From assembly GCA_964493595.1 (NCBI GenBank), contig CAZBOX010000002.1:2003-66002 (forward strand): a DNA stretch of 64,000 bases, read 5' to 3'. Made by a program: the position numbers and the translations under genes. Positions 18,064 through 27,222 of the stretch are shown here, piece after piece. The DNA comes from an uncultured Candidatus Obscuribacterales bacterium (lineage in GTDB: Bacteria > Cyanobacteriota > Vampirovibrionia > Obscuribacterales > Obscuribacteraceae). The notes beneath the pieces are model-generated. The model had not been told where the DNA came from. It was given only the letters and a program-made list of their open reading frames with translations, and did not search any database. How positions within the stretch are numbered: the first letter of the stretch is position 1; each line of letters begins with the position of its first letter.

Positions 18064-18648
18064 TTACTCGACGGCGATGCCGTAGTTGCCGCAGAGCGCC
18101 GCCAGGCCGCCGTCGTAGCCCTGACCGACCGCGTTCATCTTCCACTCGCCGTTGTGGTTGTAGACCTCGGCGAAGATCATGGCGGTGTTGGTCGAGGCGT
18201 CCTCGGACAGGTCGAAGCGCGCCAGCTCGGTGCCGTCGGCTTCGTTGATGATGCGCACGAAGGCGTTGGTGATCTGGCCGAAGGACTGGCCGCGCTCGGC
18301 CGCTTCGTGGATGGTGACCGCGACCGCGATCTTCTTGATGTCGGCCGGGACCTTGGTCAGGTCGATGTCGATCACCTCGTCGTCGCCGTCGCCCTGGCCC
18401 GTGGTGTTGTCACCCTGGTGCACGACGGAGCCGCAGGCCGACTTCTTGTTGCCGTAGAAGACGAAGTCGCCCTCGCTGCGGGTCTTGCCGGCGTCGGTGA
18501 GCAGGAACGCCGAGGCGTCGGCGTCGAACGGCTTGCCGTCGGTGACGCGCGCGTCCCAGCCGAGGCCGACCTTGATGTTCTTCAGACCGGCGGCGCCGGC
18601 GGACTTCGTGAGGGAGACCTTCTCGCCCTTCTTCAGTGAAATAGCCAT
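18064..18648 (-). CDS. terD: TerD (calcium-binding TerD-domain stress protein)
   Basis: [44 protein letters not shown] and [25 protein letters not shown]. Confidence 0.95.
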   Translation of the reverse strand: MAISLKKGEKVSLTKSAGAAGLKNIKVGLGWDARVTDGKPFDADASAFLLTDAGKTRSEGDFVFYGNKKSACGSVVHQGDNTTGQGDGDDEVIDIDLTKVPADIKKIAVAVTIHEAAERGQSFGQITNAFVRIINEADGTELARFDLSEDASTNTAMIFAEVYNHNGEWKMNAVGQGYDGGLAALCGNYGIAVE

Positions 18649-18707
18649 GGTGTTTTCTCCTTGAGCCCATCTAGGGCCGATTGAGTTGAATTGCGTCGAG
18701 ACGCAGG

Positions 18708-18731
18708 GGCGAGCCCGGGATTGGGCTCGCC
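18708..18731 (-). other. Intercistronic 9-bp stem-loop
   Basis: GGCGAGCCC gggatt GGGCTCGCC. Confidence 0.45.
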
Positions 18732-18785
18732 TCCTGCTGATGGAGAACGTGGGTCAGAAGACCCGAGACTGGCGGACGCCGGCGC

Positions 18786-19370
18786 TTAGCCGACGGCGAT
18801 GCCGTAGTTGCCGCAGAGGGCCGCCAGACCGCCGTCGTAGCCCTGACCGACCGCGTTCATCTTCCACTCGCCGTTGTGGTTGTAGACCTCGGCGAAGATC
18901 ATGGCGGTGTTGGTCGAGGCGTCCTCGGACAGGTCGAAGCGCGCCAGCTCGGTGCCGTCGGCCTCGTTGATGATGCGCACGAAGGCGTTGGTGATCTGGC
19001 CGAAGGACTGCCGACGCTCCTCGGCTTCGTGGATGGTGACGGCGATGGCGATCTTCTTGATGTCGGCCGGAACCTTGGTCAGGTCGATCTTGATCGTCTC
19101 GTCGTCACCATCGCCCTGACCCGTGGTGTTGTCGCCCAGGGACTCGACGGCGCCGCAGGCCGACTTCTTGTTGCCGTAGAAGACGAAGTCGCCCTCGTTG
19201 CGGGTCTTGCCGGTATCGGTGAGCAGGAACGCGGAGGCGTCGGCGTCGAACGGCTTGCCGTCGGTGACGCGGGCGTCCCAGCCGAGGCCGACCTTGATGT
19301 TCTTCAGGCCAGCGGGACCGGCGGACTTGGTGAGGGAAACCTTCTCGCCTTTCTTCAGGGAAACGGGCAT
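18786..19370 (-). CDS. terD: TerD (second copy of the tandem pair)
   Basis: Start [15 protein letters not shown] at 19370. Same motif set as 18064..18648. The maximal ORF extends to 19460. Confidence 0.95.
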   Translation of the reverse strand: MPVSLKKGEKVSLTKSAGPAGLKNIKVGLGWDARVTDGKPFDADASAFLLTDTGKTRNEGDFVFYGNKKSACGAVESLGDNTTGQGDGDDETIKIDLTKVPADIKKIAIAVTIHEAEERRQSFGQITNAFVRIINEADGTELARFDLSEDASTNTAMIFAEVYNHNGEWKMNAVGQGYDGGLAALCGNYGIAVG

Positions 19371-19483
19371 GGTGTCTTTCTCCTTTGGTGCCTCGGCGAT
19401 TGCGCCTGAGGCGGGTTTGGTGCGTTGAATGACGAGCCGAGCCGCAAGCACTCGCTGCAACTCGACAGGTGATATACGAGATG

Positions 19484-19519
19484 GAGGGAAGCCGAACTCT
19501 CGCAGAGCCGGCTTCCCTC
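19484..19519 (-). other. Intercistronic 11-bp perfect stem-loop
   Basis: GAGGGAAGCCG (19484-19494) pairs with CGGCTTCCCTC (19509-19519). Confidence 0.5.
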
Positions 19520-19550
19520 TCAGGCAGACGCGGACTGGCAGCCGGGCTGC

Positions 19551-20276
19551 TTAGTCGTCGAGGGCCTTCTCGAGGATCTGCTTGGTGGTCAGACCGACGC
19601 ACTCGTCGACGGTCAGGCAGTTGACGCAGTCGAAGGCGGCGCCCTTCTTCTCGAGACCGTTGTTGAGGTTCTCGAGGAAGCGGGTGGCGTTGGCGTCCTT
19701 GCCGGTCTGGATGAACGAGAAGCCGATCCTGTCGCGACCGTAGCCGGCGGCCTTCAGGCGCTTGGTGGCATCGATGATCACCTTCTCCAGGGCGGCCTGA
19801 CCGCTGCTGGCAGACGGCTGACCGTCGGTGATGACGACGAAGATGCGCGGCTTGACGTTCGGGTTGGCCGGAACGGCCGGGATGTCCGGCGTGCCCTTGC
19901 TGAAGAAGCCGCCCTTGGTGCCCTTGACGCCGGGCTTGCCGAGCAGCTGGTCGAGGTAGTCGTCGACGCGCGCGCCGATGGCCAGAGCGTGGTCGGTGCC
20001 GTTGCCGTTGGCGCGGGCGGCCGCCAGGACCTTCTGCGCCTTGGCGTCGGTGGTGTTCTCGTTCAGGTCGTGCAGCGAAGTGTCGAAGCACCAGACGGTG
20101 ATGCCGTCCGCGTCGACTTCGCCGGCTTCCTTGATGAGCAGGCTGATCGTCTTCTTGCTGTCGTCCAGACGCGAGAGACCGGTCGGCGTGTCGCGCTCGC
20201 CCATGGAGGCGGAGGTGTCGAGGCCGGCTTCGATGTCGTACTTGGAAAGGTCGCGCTTCTTGAGGCTGAGAGCCAT
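19551..20276 (-). CDS. terY: TerY-like von Willebrand factor A (vWA) protein
   Basis: 241 aa. MIDAS-like LDTSASMG. Embedded among terD genes. AGGAG RBS. Confidence 0.85.
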   Translation of the reverse strand: MALSLKKRDLSKYDIEAGLDTSASMGERDTPTGLSRLDDSKKTISLLIKEAGEVDADGITVWCFDTSLHDLNENTTDAKAQKVLAAARANGNGTDHALAIGARVDDYLDQLLGKPGVKGTKGGFFSKGTPDIPAVPANPNVKPRIFVVITDGQPSASSGQAALEKVIIDATKRLKAAGYGRDRIGFSFIQTGKDANATRFLENLNNGLEKKGAAFDCVNCLTVDECVGLTTKQILEKALDD

Positions 20277-20444
20277 ATTGCAATCTCCTGTTTTTCGCTT
20301 GTAGCGATGGGTTAGAGCCGAGGCGTTCTGGATGATCCAGATGACGCCCCGGCCGAACGAACCGGCCGCGAGGAATTCGCTGCCGGCTATGGATGATCGA
20401 TGTTCAGGCGCGCTTTGCGCACCTCAACCGTTGGGAAGCGGCTG

Positions 20445-21044
20445 TTACTCGGCGTCGACGCCGTAGCGCCCGCACAGAGCGAGCAGACCGCCGTCATAGC
20501 CCTGACCGATGGCGTCGAAGCGCCACTCGCCGTCCTTGCGGTAGACGGCGCCGAAGTCGAGGGCGGTGTTGGTCGAGGCTTCCTCCGAGATGTCGAAGCG
20601 GCAGAGCTCGGTGTTGTCCTCGGCGTTGACGACGCGGATGAAGGCGTTGGTCACCTGGCCGAAGGACTGACCGCGTTCCTTCGCCTCGTGGATGGTCACG
20701 GCGAAGACGATGCGCTGGACGTCGGCGCCGACCTTGGTGAGGTCGATTTTCAGCGACTCATCGTCGCCGTCGCCCTGACCGGTCAGGTTGTCGCCGGTGT
20801 GCTCGATGGAGCCGTCCTTGGTCTTGAGCTTGCCCTCGAACTTCTCCATTCCGTAGAACACGAAGTCCTGGTTCTGGTTGCGCACCTTGCCGTTGGCGCC
20901 CAGCACGAAAGCGGAGGCGTCCAGGTCGAAGGCCTTGCCGGATGTCGCGCGCGTGTCCCAGCCGAGACCGACGACGATCTGCTTGAGGCTGGGAGCTTGC
21001 TTGGTGAGAGAGATCTTCTCGCCCTTTTTCAGGGAAATCGGCAT
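20445..21044 (-). CDS. TerD-family protein (first gene of the array)
   Basis: [43 protein letters not shown] and KDGEWRF. AAGGAG RBS. Confidence 0.9.
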   Translation of the reverse strand: MPISLKKGEKISLTKQAPSLKQIVVGLGWDTRATSGKAFDLDASAFVLGANGKVRNQNQDFVFYGMEKFEGKLKTKDGSIEHTGDNLTGQGDGDDESLKIDLTKVGADVQRIVFAVTIHEAKERGQSFGQVTNAFIRVVNAEDNTELCRFDISEEASTNTALDFGAVYRKDGEWRFDAIGQGYDGGLLALCGRYGVDAE

Positions 21045-21183
21045 GTGTGTTTCTCCTTGGCGCTTTTAGCGCATTTGGTTTGCAGCGTGGGACGAGTGGT
21101 CTGTTCGTCCACGCGACTGTTGCACCAGAAGCGATGAGCTGCCGGTGCGACTGGAGACAAGCGCGAATGAACTGCGTTTCCTG

Positions 21184-21214
21184 ACTCAAGTTGAGATAGC
21201 TGTCTCAGTTGAGT
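21184..21214. promoter_or_regulatory. Pair of short palindromes upstream of the terD array
   Basis: CTCAAgTTGAG (5-1-5) and CTCAgtTGAG (4-2-4) lie 19 bp apart, 140-170 bp upstream of the 21044 start. Confidence 0.3.
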
Positions 21215-22847
21215 AAGACTTGCGAGCATCGCGCCGATTGCGTAGAACGCGAAAACCCCAACCCCTGATTTCGGTCAACTGCTTCGGATTTGAGTCAACG
21301 GTCTCGCCTCATTCCTTGCGGAATGGGTTGGCGGCGAAAGCGATGAGTTCAATAGGCGAAGTGGCTGGTTATTTCCGAAATCAAAGAGGCAAAAGAGGTA
21401 CTTCCCGATTATGCAGAGCGGCGGACGGGAAAACCTCCTGGTCTGCTCCGCATATTGCGGTTCATATACATTTCCAGAGCTGAAATGTCAGACCTTTCTA
21501 TGGTGCCGCACCCCTCTTGACTTCCGCGGTTTCGCCGGCTTGATTTCTGGGGGATCTGTGGCTGCAAAATGCCAGCTGCTGTGGCTTGCCGGGTAGTCAA
21601 GATGAGCGTCCTTACATATTGATTGCTACTCATAATCGGACCTTTCTCTCTGCTACCTAGCGCTGGTCTCGGCACTAGCCTGCAGAGTGCCTGCACTGTT
21701 TGAGTTCTATCTAATTGTTGAAAGCCTGATCTTAAGCGCGTCTAAGCGATGTCAAGCGGGATGGCGCTGCTCGCTCAAACACACCACCTGTGGTGCACGA
21801 TATATGAGCGCCGGTTAAGTTTGCTGTGGGCAAAAAGTTGCGAAAAATTTCGGCATCGATCTCAACAAAACGTACCAGAAAATACACTTCGAGATAGGAG
21901 CCGAGCTAAGGCTAATAGCCCATTTCCAATCAGGGAAGAGTGGTTTGGAGCCACTTATTAACAGGCTTCTTCGCCCGTAAGTAGTACTGAAACAGATGAA
22001 GATCAGAAGGAGATAGTTATCTCAGCTTTCAAAAGATCAGATATAGATCTGATCGAGTTGTTTGTGAACCCAACGAGCTAGCTGGTCACCCGGCACTTTC
22101 GCCAGACTGCGCTAGTACTGATCTGTCGCTTTAATTTCCGACACAAAAGCGAACTGATGGTTTTTTGCATTCCCGCAATGGCTGTGCTGCACTCTGATTT
22201 CAGAATCGGAGCGAGGCTAGCGCAAGTTGATGCAAACCGCCTGTCGATGCGGATTGTAAGTCCGTGCTTAAACTTCCTCTTGGCAGCCCGGGCGTTCTTA
22301 ACTCTATGAAGAATGTTTGTTGCTCTCTAGCTACATCATTTCCTTGTAAATGCCGACGCGTCTGGTTTTTGCCAAAATCGGCAAGGCGGGGTGGGCGGCT
22401 GTCTGTCACCATATTTGGTGCATATCCGAAGCTGAGCAGGTTTCGGTTTTTGAAGAACGTAAAGTACTTGTGGCGCGATTGGCGCAGGGACCAGTTTTTC
22501 TTTCGAATTTCATGATCAACTTCCAACCTGCATTCAGTCCGGTCCGAAAGCCGACTGCTGTGTGCTCAATGCGGCATTGCGTCTGTGTCTGAAGAATATT
22601 TCGTTTGCCGAAGGCTCTGCGTTTTCGACAATGTAAGGTCCTTACCTCTTTTACCTCATTAGAAGACCCGCCTCTCCGCTACAGCGCGAAAACAATCGTC
22701 AGATCAGTCGCTTTTCACTCTTCGAAGAGAGTCGATGCAGATTTGCTCTGCATAAGAGGTACGGTCACCCATTTGCTTCACGGAAGTTATCGAGGACAGC
22801 GTGTCCTTTGAACTTCGTCATTACTTCACTCAAGGTGAAAGCAGATT

Positions 22848-24158
22848 ATGAAAACACAGACAAACGCCACCACCTCCACCGACCCATTCCGCTCCCTTGT
22901 CGAGTCGGAATTCTCCAAGCTGCTCAATCGCTTGAGCCGCCGCCTTCTCATCGTCGGGGATTTCGGCAAGGACCTGGACGATGAAGATACTGTCCTTTTC
23001 CTCACCGGTGAGCAGCGGCATCGTCGCCAGACGCAGCTGGAATTTTTCAGCACACCCGGCTCACGTAAGCAGGATTTGTTCGAGCTCAAGGCTGTGATCG
23101 CCAATCTGCCTCCGCCGGTCAAGCGCGCCCAGCTCGCCAAAGGAACGCTCAAGCTGCTCGGACAGCCCAATGTTCCGGTCGGCATCGGCACGGACTGCAG
23201 GAATAGCCCGGATGGTCATGACCATGAGTTCGCCAAAGTCACTTACATGGCCGACGAATCCGAGTTGGAGGACGGTCGCGAGCTCTTGGTCCGTACCTTG
23301 AAAGACGCCGAGGACGGGAGCATCACGCTGGTGCTCATCTCCGGCATGACCGACATCGCGGCCATTTTGCGCGAGCATTCCGACCTGGTCAAAGCCAAGG
23401 TGGAATCCGTTGCCATCATGGGCGGCGTCGAGGTCGAGAAAGGCACCAACAAAGTAGTCATCGACAAGGATGGCTTCATGGTGCCGGACTCCGCCGCCAA
23501 CAACAAGTTCGACATGGAGTCGGCGATCTACACGTATCGCCGCCTGCAGGAGCTGAACATTCCGCTCGTGATTCTCACTCGCGCTGCCGCTTACGCGTGC
23601 AAGGTGCCGCGTTCCTTCTATGACGAACTGGCAGCTACCGGTCACCCGGTCGGCATCAAGCTGCGTGACTCCCAGCAGGGCTCGATCGAGGCCCTCTGGC
23701 AGAAAGTGAACCTGCCGGTAGGCCATGAAGGCCGCGCCAAGATGCCGGAACGTCTCAACCGTGAATGGTTCTGCGACACTTTCTGCGCCGGCAAGGGCAA
23801 GGACCGCACCGGCGAGGACAGCATCTGGGACCTCATCCAGTCGTTCAACCTCTACGACCCGATGACTCTCATTGCCGCCGTTCCTGAACTTCGCGAGCGC
23901 TTCTACGACCCGACGGTCGTGAAGGTCGGCGAGACCGAGCACCTGATCATCGGCGTCTGCGATGCCGTCCCCGGTGTGAAGGACCCCGAGGCGCTGGCGG
24001 ACTATATGCTCAAGCGCTGCCTCCTGTCGCTCACGATGAGCTTGGACGAACTGCCGCGCGTGTACCGCGACGAAAAGCTGGTCGGACGCGAGGAGCAGCC
24101 TGCGTGCCCCCCTCCGAAGAGCGAAGCGACTGCTGCCGGCGACACCGATAAGTCGTAG
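22848..24158 (+). CDS. Nucleoside hydrolase-like (IUNH-fold) protein with N- and C-terminal extensions
   Basis: LLIVGDFGKDLDDEDT (compare the N-terminal Asp cluster DxDxxxDD), ISGMTDIAAIL, VAIMGG, PDSAANNKFD and YDPMTLIAAV match the order of IUNH family landmarks. Confidence 0.65.
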   Translation: MKTQTNATTSTDPFRSLVESEFSKLLNRLSRRLLIVGDFGKDLDDEDTVLFLTGEQRHRRQTQLEFFSTPGSRKQDLFELKAVIANLPPPVKRAQLAKGTLKLLGQPNVPVGIGTDCRNSPDGHDHEFAKVTYMADESELEDGRELLVRTLKDAEDGSITLVLISGMTDIAAILREHSDLVKAKVESVAIMGGVEVEKGTNKVVIDKDGFMVPDSAANNKFDMESAIYTYRRLQELNIPLVILTRAAAYACKVPRSFYDELAATGHPVGIKLRDSQQGSIEALWQKVNLPVGHEGRAKMPERLNREWFCDTFCAGKGKDRTGEDSIWDLIQSFNLYDPMTLIAAVPELRERFYDPTVVKVGETEHLIIGVCDAVPGVKDPEALADYMLKRCLLSLTMSLDELPRVYRDEKLVGREEQPACPPPKSEATAAGDTDKS

Positions 24159-24265
24159 AAATCGACTATTTGTGTCGCCTCTGGAGCCGGGTGCAAAAAG
24201 CACTCGGCTCTTTCGGGAGTCGAATAAACTCCCTTCGCATCTGAATTCATGAGAAGGAAAAGAAT

Positions 24266-24712
24266 ATGGGTGCACTGATGTTTTGCGTCTTCTACTGCCT
24301 GGGCATGTTCCTGCTCACGGCAGTGGTGGGCATCAACTACACAACGGCTGCCGGTGTCGTCGCCTGTTTTCTGGTGACGAGTGCAGCTTTAGGAGCCACG
24401 GACTTGGCTCTCTACCTGGTTCGCGGTCCTTTCAGCCGCTTCTTTCAAGCGCTGCTGCGTGCGCGCGAGCTGGGAGCGTTGCTCATGCTGCTGTTTCTCT
24501 TTGCAGTGATTGGCAGCATCACGGGTGGAGTCATCTGGGGCTGGGCTAGCCTCGCCCCTCAGGCGTTCGACTCGAATCCAATGGCCGTCGGTGAAGCGTT
24601 TCGGCTGGGTTTCTCAGCAGCTCTTCTCATCGGCTTTCTCGCTTTCATAGGATTCCCCAACCGGTTCTCCGAACTGGCCAAATTGGCAGAGCGCTACAGC
24701 CCCCGGCAGTAG
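24266..24712 (+). CDS. Integral membrane protein (about 4 TM)
   Basis: 148 aa with four hydrophobic helices. Same strand and composition as its neighbours. Confidence 0.6.
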   Translation: MGALMFCVFYCLGMFLLTAVVGINYTTAAGVVACFLVTSAALGATDLALYLVRGPFSRFFQALLRARELGALLMLLFLFAVIGSITGGVIWGWASLAPQAFDSNPMAVGEAFRLGFSAALLIGFLAFIGFPNRFSELAKLAERYSPRQ

Positions 24713-24872
24713 GCTTAGTCGATTCGGTATCAGACCCGGCTGGCAGCCCATTTTGCTCAGCCGTCTTTCAGTTTCCGTTGCATGCTGTCGCATGCGACCG
24801 ACAAGACTTCGTCGCCCACCGGCTGGTCGGGAGCGACACAACCCGCCTCTTACGAGGCACAAGGAGCACACA

Positions 24873-25595
24873 ATGCAAGTCAAGAACGCTTTCGGACTGG
24901 AAATCATCGTCGACGGACGCGCCCTTCCCCTCATTCAGCAGGGCGGTAAGACCTATGTCGCCGCTCCCTGGGACAAGGACTTCCAGCTGCGTCTCAACGT
25001 CCCTTACGACGGCGGCCGCTATCTGGCGGTCACCTCGGTGGACGGTCTGGACATCATGACCGGCAAGACTGCGTCCAAGGATGCAGGCGGCTATGTGGTC
25101 ACGCCGGCTTTCTCCGCCGCCGCCAACGACATTCCCGGTTTCCGCCTCAACAACAGCGAGGTGGCCGCGTTCCACTTCGGCGACCGCCGGGACAGCTACG
25201 CGGCTCAGCTCGACAAGCCGGCCAATGTCGGCGTGATCGCGGTCGTCTTCTACGAGGAAGATCGTCCGCGCCGGCACGTGCTCTCGATGAGCCCGCGCAG
25301 CGGCTGCCTGGGCGGCGGTCTGGAAGGCAACACCCGCGGCGGCACTTTCGGTCCCGCCACCAGGGGTAGTGTCGGTCACGACATGGGCACCGAGTTCGGC
25401 CAGCGCACCGAGCACAAGGTGACGACGACCCAGTTCCGGCGCGGCCGTGAAGTGGCGCGTTTCGTCATCGAGTACGCGTCGCGCGAAAGCCTTGTCCAGG
25501 CGGGCATCATTCGGTCCGCTCCTCTCGGCGAGGTCGACCCGTTTCCGGCCGACAACGAGCCCGGCTGCAAGCCTCCGAAGGGCTGGCGCGGTTAA
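24873..25595 (+). CDS. Hypothetical protein (beta-rich N-domain, Gly/Arg-rich middle)
   Basis: Start MQVKNAFGLEIIVDG at 24873, preceded by AAGGAG at 24861. The maximal ORF starts at 24753. No motif recognised. Confidence 0.65.
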   Translation: MQVKNAFGLEIIVDGRALPLIQQGGKTYVAAPWDKDFQLRLNVPYDGGRYLAVTSVDGLDIMTGKTASKDAGGYVVTPAFSAAANDIPGFRLNNSEVAAFHFGDRRDSYAAQLDKPANVGVIAVVFYEEDRPRRHVLSMSPRSGCLGGGLEGNTRGGTFGPATRGSVGHDMGTEFGQRTEHKVTTTQFRRGREVARFVIEYASRESLVQAGIIRSAPLGEVDPFPADNEPGCKPPKGWRG

Positions 25596-25652
25596 GGCGC
25601 ACAAGTCCTGCAGGGTTTGATTGCCCGTATTTGATCAAATCCTAGCTCTACG

Positions 25653-25686
25653 GGAAGTCGGTGTAACAGCCGACTTCCTTCTTTTT
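25653..25686 (+). terminator. Rho-independent terminator of the 22848-25595 operon
   Basis: GGAAGTCGG tgtaacag CCGACTTCC followed by TTCTTTTT. Confidence 0.7.
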
Positions 25687-25861
25687 AGTGTTTATACTAT
25701 AAGTAGTAATAGAGTACGTGCTGGTACGATTTCCTGCCTTGCGGTTTTGTCATCACAAAGACTTCACGCTCATTGCGCTATAAATTCTCTGACCAAGTTT
25801 TGCGACTTGACCCCCTCTCTTCGAACCCCTTTCCGTTTCCCTTCTCAGGAGAAACAGCATC

Positions 25862-26377
25862 GTGACTATCGTTTCTACAAGCCAGACAATTGCATTTACT
25901 AAAACCGAATATCCGCCCGTTTTCGATGGCTCACAGACCATAAGACCAAAACCAAGAAAAGTTTCCGTCAAAACGGTCGAGTATGAAATTCAAAATTTGG
26001 AATTCTCGCCGCCGCCTACCGGATCTCAAACTCTCAGAGATTTGCTGGAAGCCGGTGGTCATTGTGCCGATCAGGACACAATGCATGTAAATACGTTTGA
26101 GCGGCTCATGCATTCCACCCATCACAAATTGCTCGTGTTGGAGGAACCGGCAGTCCAAGCCAGCCCACAAATAAGTCTTCGCTGCCGCTCTTTTCTTTCT
26201 GTCGAACACGCCAGTTTGGTCCGTGCAGATTTTCAACGGTCTCTTCAAGCCGATCAAGCGCTCTTGTCTCTGCAGGGGCTGTTCGACTTTTGGAACAAAT
26301 TCGTCATCAAAATTGAAAATCGTTTGACTGTCGACCTTTTGCGCCGCAAGTCCAAGCTCAGCTATCAGTCGTGTTGA
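25862..26377 (+). CDS. Hypothetical protein (weak call, AT-richer spacer)
   Basis: 171-aa ORF with a GTG start, no obvious RBS and no motif. Confidence 0.3.
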   Translation: MTIVSTSQTIAFTKTEYPPVFDGSQTIRPKPRKVSVKTVEYEIQNLEFSPPPTGSQTLRDLLEAGGHCADQDTMHVNTFERLMHSTHHKLLVLEEPAVQASPQISLRCRSFLSVEHASLVRADFQRSLQADQALLSLQGLFDFWNKFVIKIENRLTVDLLRRKSKLSYQSC

Positions 26378-26554
26378 TGCTGCGGGCATAAGAACGCTGC
26401 TAATTCGGCTCCTCTGCGCGCACATCTGTTGTGAGTGCAGAGGCAGCTATGCAGGCAATCGTCACGGTCAAGTCACGTTGATTTAGTTATATAGAATGAG
26501 TGCTTCCTAACATTTTCAGTTTGATTTCTTTGCTTTTCTTTTCCGGAGAAAGAC

Positions 26555-27088
26555 ATGCTGCCTTCTGTAAATCAAATTCAGACAGTACCGGTCTGTGAGC
26601 CGGAGCAAGACCTCGACGAAACGGCTTTGTCCGCGCTGTTCGAGAAAGCGCGCCGGCAAGAATCTCCTTCTGCTGTTGAGCTTCAGTGCACAACCAATTG
26701 TTCTGACTGGCTAATCGAGCTGGCCGGCCACTCAGCCGCTCCCTCTGCTGACGAAGCTTTCCAGAGAACATACACCCTGGCTGACCTAGACTATGAGTTT
26801 TTCGGATTGGAGCCGGCAGTCGAGTTGCCGTCCTTTGAGCAGCTCCTGCAGACTGCTTCTTACAGAATATTGGAAGCCCGCCTTTCGGCGCAGTCAGCCA
26901 GAGCAGATCTGTCTGCAGAGAATAAACGCAGCCCCGGAGTTGGTTTTGAAAAATTGAGAAATTTGGACACAGCTCTATTGGAAGCGCGCGGCGCTGACGT
27001 CGTGCAGAATGTCTGGAATCGAATTGTTCAACGAAAAGATGCTGCATCCATGCTTGCTGCGATGCGGCGCCGTCTCCGGTTTCGCTGA
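26555..27088 (+). CDS. Hypothetical protein
   Basis: 177-aa ORF. ATG preceded by GGAGAAAGAC. No motif recognised. Confidence 0.4.
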   Translation: MLPSVNQIQTVPVCEPEQDLDETALSALFEKARRQESPSAVELQCTTNCSDWLIELAGHSAAPSADEAFQRTYTLADLDYEFFGLEPAVELPSFEQLLQTASYRILEARLSAQSARADLSAENKRSPGVGFEKLRNLDTALLEARGADVVQNVWNRIVQRKDAASMLAAMRRRLRFR

Positions 27089-27222
27089 ATATAGGTCTGA
27101 ACCTTTTCGGTCCGAAGATTTTTCCTTGTTTGTGTTTTTACTAGCGCATGTCGTAGTTTTTCTGCAAAAAGCAAGAAGGACGCGTCGAGTCATCAATGCG
27201 TCCCCTTGCGATGTCGTGATGA

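Larger units (their letters stand above)
18064..19370. repeat. Tandem duplication of terD (two ~585-bp copies, 722-bp period)
   Basis: The proteins differ at about 15 of 194 positions. The C-terminal ~75 residues are identical, and the 3' ~180 nt of the two genes are almost identical by eye. Confidence 0.85.
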
